A DNA stretch of 27,125 nt from Cyanobacteria bacterium J06626_4 (GTDB lineage Bacteria; Cyanobacteriota; Cyanobacteriia; Phormidesmidales; Phormidesmidaceae). Every line of letters begins with the position of its first letter. Within the stretch, counting starts at the first letter, position 1. A program made the position numbers and the translations under genes. The notes under the pieces were generated by a model that did no database searches, had not been told where the DNA came from, and worked only from the letters and a program-made list of their open reading frames with translations. Positions 18,388 to 24,917 of the stretch are shown piece by piece. The stretch is from NCBI GenBank assembly GCA_038523235.1, contig JBCBJQ010000078.1, forward strand, positions 1 to 27,125, given 5' to 3'.

Positions 18388-19407
18388 GTGCTCAGATGGA
18401 TACAGCGTCTGGCGATCACTGCCGCTGTGATACTTGTTCTAGCGTTACTAACGGGCTTCGTCTACGAGCAGGGGGCCCGCCGTAGCGTTGCCCAGGCTTT
18501 TCCGCCCCCCGGCAAACTGGTTGAGGTTGACGGCAAGCGGTCTCACCTTGATTGTCGTGGCGAAGGCAGTCCGACGGTGATCTTAGAGGCGGGCATTAAT
18601 GAGGGCGGCTCGCAGACTTGGGAACTAGTGCGTCCAGCCATCGAACCCTTGAGTCGTGTCTGTGCCTACGACCAAGCTGGCATGATGTGGAGCGAACGGC
18701 GCGATCGCCCTAGAGACGCCGACCACATTGCCGAAGACCTGCACGCTCTGTTAGCGGCTGCGAGGGAATCTCCGCCCTATGTGATGGTGGGGCACTCGCT
18801 GGGTGGGCTCATGATTCGGGTCTTTGCCGATCATTACAGTGATGAAGTCGCTGGCTTTGTTTTTGTCGATTCATCTCATCCCGAGCAAAATCAACGCTTT
18901 CCTTCAGATGTGCTAGACGTCATGGCCTTTCCGTCGCCGCTGCTGCTCAGAGCGATCGCGGCATTGGGCATCCTGCGCCTGACCGCTCCAGCCACGCCGA
19001 GTGCACTTCCTCCAGCGGTTAGTGAGGCCATTCACCGTTACCTGCCGCAGAGTATGACCGGCATCGCTGACGTCATCGCCGCAATAGACGACATTTTTAC
19101 TCAAGCACAACCCACTGGGCCATTTGGCGATCTCCCTACAGTCGTGCTCACTGCAGGCCGCTTTTTGGAAGAGCTGCCTTATCAGATGGATGCGGCAACC
19201 ACCGCGAGATTACGAGATGTGTGGTCAGAGATCTGGCCCCAACTACAGGCCGAACTCACTGCATTATCAACAAATACGGACTGGCGCGTCATTGAAGGAG
19301 CATCGCACTACATCCCTCGGGATGCTCCAGAGGCCATCGCAGTCGCGGTGAGCGATGTTGTGGCCGCTCACCGTGAAGCCGCTCCTGTCCGCCATGCCGA
19401 GCGATGA
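18388..19407 (+). CDS. Alpha/beta hydrolase with N-terminal membrane anchor
   Basis: PTVILEAG, VCAYDQAG, nucleophile elbow VGHSLGG, VDSSHP and ASHYI. GTG 18388 follows GGGAGG. Confidence 0.9.
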   Translation: MLRWIQRLAITAAVILVLALLTGFVYEQGARRSVAQAFPPPGKLVEVDGKRSHLDCRGEGSPTVILEAGINEGGSQTWELVRPAIEPLSRVCAYDQAGMMWSERRDRPRDADHIAEDLHALLAAARESPPYVMVGHSLGGLMIRVFADHYSDEVAGFVFVDSSHPEQNQRFPSDVLDVMAFPSPLLLRAIAALGILRLTAPATPSALPPAVSEAIHRYLPQSMTGIADVIAAIDDIFTQAQPTGPFGDLPTVVLTAGRFLEELPYQMDAATTARLRDVWSEIWPQLQAELTALSTNTDWRVIEGASHYIPRDAPEAIAVAVSDVVAAHREAAPVRHAER

Positions 19408-19408
19408 G

Positions 19409-19519
19409 ACGTTGAGCTTTGACCACACTATCAACGCTGAAAATGGCGTCCAAAAAGTGGTTCAGATTATCAACAACTATCTAGTCAAAGGTGGCTCCCC
19501 AGTCGCCGCTCTCAAGTAA
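19409..19519 (+). pseudogene. Possible C-terminal remnant of a glycosyltransferase
   Basis: Manual translation TLSFDHTINAENGVQKVVQIINNYLVKGGSPVAALK* resembles the I.AENGV..AV.II tail of GT1/sterol-glucosyltransferase-like proteins. Confidence 0.45.
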
Positions 19520-19596
19520 AGCGGCAAGTGCCACGCGGCTCAAAAATGACAAAGAACTTCCTGCTCCTAGAGTCGATTAATCTTGAGGAATTCTCC

Positions 19597-20190
19597 ATGA
19601 TTACGCTGTACCACAACCCCCAAACGCGCTCCTTGCGAGTACGTTGGCTGCTAGAAGAACTCTCCCTAGAGCACACGCTAAAGACTGTTGAGTTTGTGCC
19701 GCCAGTTGATGGCAAGATTTTCACCCAAAATACGCCGACTGGGCGTTTTCCGACGCTGGTAGATGGTGAAATTGTGCTGTGCGAGTCGGGGGCGATCGCT
19801 CAATACCTGATCGAACGTTACGGTCAAGGTCGCCTCGCTCCGGCCCTCGATTCACCCTTGCGAGGCCAATACCTACAATGGATGCACTTTCCCGAAGGCA
19901 CCTTGAACCCTTATATCAACGCCATCCAAAGATTTAAGAATGAGTCATCAACTGTGGCTGCCAGTCTCAGCCATGAACTCGATATTGCAGTGGGCTATTG
20001 CGATCGCGCTCTGTCCCAGCAGCCTTACATTGTCGGTAGTGGATTCTCAGGCGCCGATATCATGCTGGCGGTGAGTCTCCTCTCTATCAACCTCATGGGA
20101 TTACTCGGCGAAAAGCATCGCCACATTGCTGCCTACTTCAATCGCCTACAAACTCGTCCCGCCCTTGCTCGTGCCTTGCAAGCCGAATAG
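19597..20190 (+). CDS. Glutathione S-transferase family protein
   Basis: MITLYHNPQTRSLRVRWLLEEL, PTGRFPTLVDG, ESGAIAQYL and FSGADIM. ATG 19597 follows GAGG. Confidence 0.93.
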   Translation: MITLYHNPQTRSLRVRWLLEELSLEHTLKTVEFVPPVDGKIFTQNTPTGRFPTLVDGEIVLCESGAIAQYLIERYGQGRLAPALDSPLRGQYLQWMHFPEGTLNPYINAIQRFKNESSTVAASLSHELDIAVGYCDRALSQQPYIVGSGFSGADIMLAVSLLSINLMGLLGEKHRHIAAYFNRLQTRPALARALQAE

Positions 20191-20232
20191 ATCGAATTCA
20201 ACCCTTGAATTTCTAAAATTAAGCAAACGAAT

Positions 20233-20751
20233 ATGCATTTACCCCCCAAGTCTCAAGTGACCTTGCTGTTTGGCCCGATTGGCGCTGGCAAGTCTTTCAT
20301 CGCCAAGCAGATTGCCCAGCGGAATGGGGCATTGTATCTAGCCAGTGACAAATGGTTTCAAGCGCTGTACTTGCCAGATATGCCGAATCCACCCGACATG
20401 AGCTGGATCGTGCCCCGCATTGAGCGTTGTGAACACCTGATTTGGACACTCACCGAGCAGGCGATCGCGTCTCGCATTCCGGTGGTGCTGGATGTGGGCA
20501 TGGCGACTGAACGCGCTAGAGAAAAATTTCAGAATCTATGCGAGCGTTCGGGGTGTCAGTATCAATTTGTGTTTGTGGATGCGCCATTGGCTGTGCGATC
20601 GCAGCGCGTACGCGATCGCAACGAGCACGCATCTAGAACCGGTGACCTACCTGTAACCGATGAGATTTTTGCGTTTACCAACGCTCAATTCCAACCGCCA
20701 ACAGCGTCAGAGATCACCAAGCTACCAGCGCAGGTACTAATCAATCATTAA
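20233..20751 (+). CDS. AAA_33-type P-loop kinase/ATP-binding protein
   Basis: Walker A GPIGAGKS, VVLD, and lid RSQRVRDRN. Confidence 0.85.
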   Translation: MHLPPKSQVTLLFGPIGAGKSFIAKQIAQRNGALYLASDKWFQALYLPDMPNPPDMSWIVPRIERCEHLIWTLTEQAIASRIPVVLDVGMATERAREKFQNLCERSGCQYQFVFVDAPLAVRSQRVRDRNEHASRTGDLPVTDEIFAFTNAQFQPPTASEITKLPAQVLINH

Positions 20752-20871
20752 CCACATTTGAAATCATCGTCTGCAAATCGTTGTTTACAAACAGTGCAGA
20801 CCACCAGGAAATCTTGAACGTCCCATTAATTGTTGAGAAAACCGCTTCAGCTGGCAAACCAAAGACCTGAA

Positions 20872-21411
20872 ATGTTTTATCTAACTTCTAAAGACTGGCG
20901 ATTTTGTGGCCGCTGGACGCTGGCAACCACCCTAGCGATCGCCCTCTGCAACGCTCTGGATATCGTAGGCTTTTTGAGTGGCCCGATCGTGCTAGCGATC
21001 GCTCAGGGCTGGGCGTTACGTTCCTATTGGCCGCACTATCGGTTGTGGGCGCTGGCCACGCTAGTCGGCGGATACCTGGCGCTCTTGGCGCTCTTGCTCT
21101 GTGTCCTCTTTGCCCCATGGCCCGTGTTTGTGAGTGTGTTTGTCTGCGGAGCGATCGCGGCAGGGCCTCAAGCCTGGGTGATGCGCCGCCATTGTCAGAC
21201 GTGGCGACGGTGGCCACTGATGAATGCACTCATTCTCACCCTGACTTTGTTTTGGTTTCTCCCGGACATGTTGGACGCTTCAATTTATGGCAATACCCGC
21301 CCCGCGTGGGAATGGGTTGCCCGCGCAGCCCTGACGGGTCTCATCGGTAGCAGCCTCAAAGGTCTCGCTCTGACTCAGTTTCTCAAACCGCGAGCCCTGC
21401 CCAAAGATTGA
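20872..21411 (+). CDS. Hypothetical integral membrane protein
   Basis: About 6 hydrophobic helices with repeated AQ.W.(L/M)R....W.LW units and HIP1 sites. Probable start ATG 20872. Confidence 0.75.
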   Translation: MFYLTSKDWRFCGRWTLATTLAIALCNALDIVGFLSGPIVLAIAQGWALRSYWPHYRLWALATLVGGYLALLALLLCVLFAPWPVFVSVFVCGAIAAGPQAWVMRRHCQTWRRWPLMNALILTLTLFWFLPDMLDASIYGNTRPAWEWVARAALTGLIGSSLKGLALTQFLKPRALPKD

Positions 21412-21466
21412 GTCGAGCGAGCTGGAAATCGCTTAACCCGGACTGAAAATTATTCAACCAGTATTC

Positions 21467-21500
21467 AAGAAAAAGTCGCCCCACCTGTGGGTGGGGCGAC
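21467..21500 (-). terminator. Intrinsic terminator, U-tract on the minus strand
   Basis: Perfect 11-bp stem GTCGCCCCACC/GGTGGGGCGAC with a 4-nt loop, and an A5 tract at 21470-21474 on the + strand. Confidence 0.8.
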
Positions 21501-21555
21501 AAATACAGAATTGGGATGCCCTCCAAATGAAGGGTGTCGCCTTGCCCACCTGAGT

Positions 21556-21795
21556 TAAGCAGGAGCTAGCGAGGGTGATTTTCTTTTCTGTAGTCACGAG
21601 GTCAGCAGGGGCTCGGGACAATAGTTGGTCGGTTTAGGTTTGCCTTTGGCTTTAGCCATCGTTAGCGTTTTGAGATTCGCCACCACAGACCACAGGGTGC
21701 CAAATTGCTTGCGCCTCAAATCTAGACAAACTGGAGTCGTAGACAGAACCTCTTTCGCGATATCGACATCGATCTGGGGATATTGGCTGAGGCGA
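21556..21795 (-). repeat. Copy 1 of a ~240-bp direct repeat (fragment of a formerly coding sequence)
   Basis: Aligns end to end with 24598-24835. Minus-strand frame reads RLSQYPQIDVDIAKEVLSTTPVCLDLRRKQFGTLWSVVANLKTL. Confidence 0.92.
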
Positions 21796-21813
21796 GAGCA
21801 GAGATACTGATAC

Positions 21814-21959
21814 GGCACTATCGTCTTAGGGGGTGAGCACTAGACTGCATATTCAACAGGCATTTAAGCCTAATGAACCGTGTCTATTGCCAGAGTGGGC
21901 AAGTCGTCAAGAATGGTAGCAAGACCTTGAAGAGCAACCCAGTGCTCCAACGCTACCTC
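21814..21959 (+). mobile_element. IS1-family remnant: probable left end plus truncated InsA-like N-terminus
   Basis: ATG 21873 gives MNRVYCQSGQVVKNGSKTLKSNPVLQRYL, matching the zinc-ribbon pattern C..C.S..VVKNG...QRY.C with the first Cys mutated TGT>CGT and a break before the second Cys pair. A GGCACTATCGTC terminus-like sequence starts at 21814. Confidence 0.72.
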
Positions 21960-22022
21960 TTAGTCAACAATCATTACCCCCGGAACACTCTTGAGCCCAA
22001 TATAAGGACTCTCACAGATTTT

Positions 22023-22730
22023 TTACGCGCCAGCCAAATACTTTGTTAATTCGATTCCTCCCTTTCCCGTTTTCATGTGTTCAGAGTCGAATTTAGTCGG
22101 ACTTTCTCGCAAATAGGATAGCAATGCTTCTGTCCCTGGGAACGATGCATTATCAGTGTAGATATATGCGCCTTGGTTGAGTTTGTGCTCCAGCATTTGT
22201 AGCAACGGTAGGTAGAGATTATTCCATCCGTCAAGCAATAAAAAGTCGATGCCGTCATCGACACTGGCCAGCGTCTCCATCGCATCGCCTGCGCGCAGAT
22301 CTACTAAGTGTGCGATGCCAGCGCGTTCAAAATTTTTCTGCGCGATCGCACACTTCTCCGGTAAAAGTTCACTGGTTACAACACAGCCGCCGGTTTGACG
22401 CGCCGCAGCCCCCAAAAACAAGGTAGAGATCCCGAACGATGTCCCAAATTCAACAATGTGTTTTGCGCCTTCTGTAATCAACAGGTCATAGATAAATTCA
22501 CCCTGGTCGCGATTAATCGGCAAATAGGCTTTCCGAGCATCACTGGGCTGCAGGTTGCCAGACAATATTTTAGGAAAGGCCGTGAGCAGTCTACGCTTAT
22601 CTGAAGACGCGTCCTGGTAAAGCACATCCAGCGTGTTCAATACGGTAGCGTCGGTGATTTTGTGCATGGTCATTTTCTTTTGATACGGTGTGTCCGAATG
22701 CAGTGTCGGGAAGGTGTTTGTCGGTATCAT
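22023..22730 (-). CDS. Class I SAM-dependent O-methyltransferase
   Basis: IVEFGTSFGIST, VTSE, GDAMETL, LLDGW and DN motifs. Start is ATG 22730 (ATGA overlap with the SIP stop) or ATG 22673. Confidence 0.9.
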   Translation of the reverse strand: MIPTNTFPTLHSDTPYQKKMTMHKITDATVLNTLDVLYQDASSDKRRLLTAFPKILSGNLQPSDARKAYLPINRDQGEFIYDLLITEGAKHIVEFGTSFGISTLFLGAAARQTGGCVVTSELLPEKCAIAQKNFERAGIAHLVDLRAGDAMETLASVDDGIDFLLLDGWNNLYLPLLQMLEHKLNQGAYIYTDNASFPGTEALLSYLRESPTKFDSEHMKTGKGGIELTKYLAGA

Positions 22731-23806
22731 GCTTGCCAATAGGCAGAGGCATAGGTCTTATCTTTCTGATAGCCGGGTTGTGACTCTACGTAACCGTGGA
22801 TGGCTTTAACCTGCGATGCCTCGCCAGCAATAAATATGGCGGGTTGCCCATCCATCCAATCGATTTGTTGAACGTGCTGCAGCAGTTCGTTCCGTAAAAC
22901 ATCCGGGTTCACAATCCACTGAAAATGCAGATGAGGGGGAACGTCGATCTGTTGCCGGTCTTCGACGGTAGGCACTTGGGCCAATACATAGCCTTTAGCA
23001 CTCTTCGGCAGCTTTTCGACCGTCGCGGCCAGAGCGGGTAAAGCCGAGAAATCACCCACGATCAAATGCCAATCTGCTGCGAAATCCGTGTGTTTCACCG
23101 GGCCCGGGCCACCGATGCCCAGATAGTCCCCCGGTTTTGCTTGTACAGCCCAATCGGCCACAACACCGCTATGGTTGTTGACTGAAAAATCGATGGTTAG
23201 CCAATGTTGCTCGGAATCAAATGCACGCACTGTGTAAGAGCGTATCCACTTTTTGGCTCCAAAACTAAACGCTAGTTTGGGTTTGGTCTCACCGGGCGGT
23301 GGAACGATCACTTTAACGTGAGCACTTTCTTGGCCAACTGGAAAATCCTTTAGGTCGTCACCCCTGAGGACGATACGTCGCATATGGGGGCCTAAATCCT
23401 GGACCTCGTGAACCTGCGTCAGTCTTAATTTGGGCTTCATGGAAATGAGTCTTTGTTTACGTGTGTCAAACCGAATGTAGAGGCCAAGATAGTCGCCATG
23501 CCTTGCTTGTGCGGCCCAATCGGCCACAATACCACTGTGGTTGTTGACTGAAAAATCGATGGTTAGCCGATGCTGCTCGGCATCAAACGAGTGCACTGTG
23601 TAAGAGCGCATCGACTTTTTGGCTCCAAGTCCAAACTCTAATTTGGGTTTGGTCTCACCGGGTTGTGGGACGACGACTTTAACGTGAGCACTCTCTTGGC
23701 CAATTGGAAAATCCTTTAGGTCGTCACCCCTGAGGACGATACGTCGCATATGGGGGCTTAAATCCTGGACCTCGTGAACCTGCGTCAGCCTTAATTTGGG
23801 CTTCAT
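22727..23806 (-). CDS. Siderophore-interacting protein (ViuB/YqjH-like) with duplicated N-terminal FAD-binding domain
   Basis: LSPHMRRIVL, RSYTV and TIDF occur twice, followed by GGPG, VGDFSALPA, FIAGEA and ASAYW. Confidence 0.9.
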   Translation of the reverse strand: MKPKLRLTQVHEVQDLSPHMRRIVLRGDDLKDFPIGQESAHVKVVVPQPGETKPKLEFGLGAKKSMRSYTVHSFDAEQHRLTIDFSVNNHSGIVADWAAQARHGDYLGLYIRFDTRKQRLISMKPKLRLTQVHEVQDLGPHMRRIVLRGDDLKDFPVGQESAHVKVIVPPPGETKPKLAFSFGAKKWIRSYTVRAFDSEQHWLTIDFSVNNHSGVVADWAVQAKPGDYLGIGGPGPVKHTDFAADWHLIVGDFSALPALAATVEKLPKSAKGYVLAQVPTVEDRQQIDVPPHLHFQWIVNPDVLRNELLQHVQQIDWMDGQPAIFIAGEASQVKAIHGYVESQPGYQKDKTYASAYWQA

Positions 23807-23845
23807 GTAATGAGTCCTTGTTTACGGGTGTCAAACCGGATATAG
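23115..23845 (-). repeat. Tandem duplication of ~365 bp (SIP 5' UTR plus first ~109 codons)
   Basis: 23481-23845 versus 23115-23480, with 35 differences in 326 coding nt by manual count. Confidence 0.95.
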
Positions 23846-23906
23846 TTGATAGTGTCATCCATTCGATACATTCACTGTAGCTCAAGATAGATGATAGTGT
23901 CAACTA
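23843..23906. promoter_or_regulatory. Two putative MarR operator sites in the divergent promoter
   Basis: TAGTTGATAGTGTCATCCA (23843-23861) and TAGATGATAGTGTCAACTA (23888-23906) are both near the palindrome TAGTTGACAnTGTCAACTA. Confidence 0.7.
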
Positions 23907-23911
23907 AATAA

Positions 23912-24349
23912 TTGGGGCTCGCAAAATTGACTGCGCCACACCTGATGGAATCGATGTTTCGGCTTGTGCGTTCATTTAAATCGTGCCTGGCAGCCGAATT
24001 AGAGGCGGAGGGTTTGAGTGTTGCCCCGACGCATATGAAAATACTGAAAATGATTGCCCCAATGGAGGAGTGCACGGCGCAACGCATCGCCCAAGCCGTC
24101 CATAGAGACAAAGCACAGGTGAACCGGGTTATTCAAGAACTGGTGGCGCAAGAAATGATTGAGCGAAAACCGAATCCGGCTGACAAACGCAGTCAACTAT
24201 TACAGTTGTCTGACAAAGGCGAAGTGGCTTTGCAAGCCATGAATGCCGTCGAAACTCGAGTTTTAAGCCGCATGACCCATGGCATTGAGATAGAGAATCA
24301 GCAGACTTTCATTACTTTGGCAGAGCAGCTTCGTCGCAACCTGTCATAG
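23912..24349 (+). CDS. MarR-family transcriptional regulator
   Basis: TAQRIAQAVHRDKAQVNRVIQEL and PNPADKRSQLLQLSDKG. Start uncertain (TTG 23912/23927 or ATG 23945). Confidence 0.92.
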   Translation: MGLAKLTAPHLMESMFRLVRSFKSCLAAELEAEGLSVAPTHMKILKMIAPMEECTAQRIAQAVHRDKAQVNRVIQELVAQEMIERKPNPADKRSQLLQLSDKGEVALQAMNAVETRVLSRMTHGIEIENQQTFITLAEQLRRNLS

Positions 24350-24597
24350 GGGTAGCGCAACCACAATTGTGGGCAGAGCCTTTAACCCGCGCTACAGGAG
24401 GCTTAGTTTTAGCAGCGACTAAACTTCCACGTGGCCTTGAAGAGCTATCATCTACATCGCCCAGGCTAAGGCTTCTAGAATTAACTGATGACGCGCCCTA
24501 AAACATCAAAACCGTCCGATGCCATCCACACAGCGAGGCACCAAATCTTGGTTATTGTCTGCCCCTAAAAGCTGTTGTCTACAAACAGTGCTGTAGG

Positions 24598-24835
24598 TAA
24601 GCAGAAACTAACAGGGAGATTTTCTTTTCTGCAACCACCAGGTCAGTCGAGTTTCGGGGTGATAGTTGGTCGGCTTCGGCTTGACCTCGGCTCTGGCCAG
24701 CGTCAGCGTTTTGAGATTCGCCACTACAGACCACAGGGTGCCAAACTGCTCGCGCCTCAAATTCAGACATACTGGCGTCGTAGACAGAATCTCTTTCGCG
24801 ATATCAATATTGATCTGACGGCACTGCTGAGGCGA
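24598..24835 (-). repeat. Copy 2 of the ~240-bp direct repeat
   Basis: Minus-strand frame reads QINIDIAKEILSTTPVCLNLRREQFGTLWSVVANLKTLTLARAEVKPKPTNYHPETRLTWWLQKRKSPC*. It has a 1-nt frameshift near its 5' end and no start codon upstream of the conserved block. Confidence 0.92.
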
Positions 24836-24917
24836 TTCTTGGGCGCTTACCCATCTTGAACCCTAAACCTTAAGCCTCAGGTATCGAGAATCATGAGTGT
24901 ATTTGCGCCACCATCTT

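Noticed and set aside
9631..21500. Integron cassette array (run of co-oriented single genes with intergenic hairpins)
   Set aside because: There is no IntI, the hairpins are unrelated to one another, and they lack consistent RYYYAAC...GTTRRRY ends.
21594..21818. 74-aa ORF as an intact small gene
   Set aside because: Its GTG start lies inside the putative IS1 end, and its stop corresponds to TGG in the other copy, so it is treated as a fragment.
24575..24859. ORFs 24575-24859(+) and 24579-24770(-) as real genes
   Set aside because: The equivalent frames in repeat copy 1 contain stops, and the substitutions fall at non-synonymous positions in these frames.
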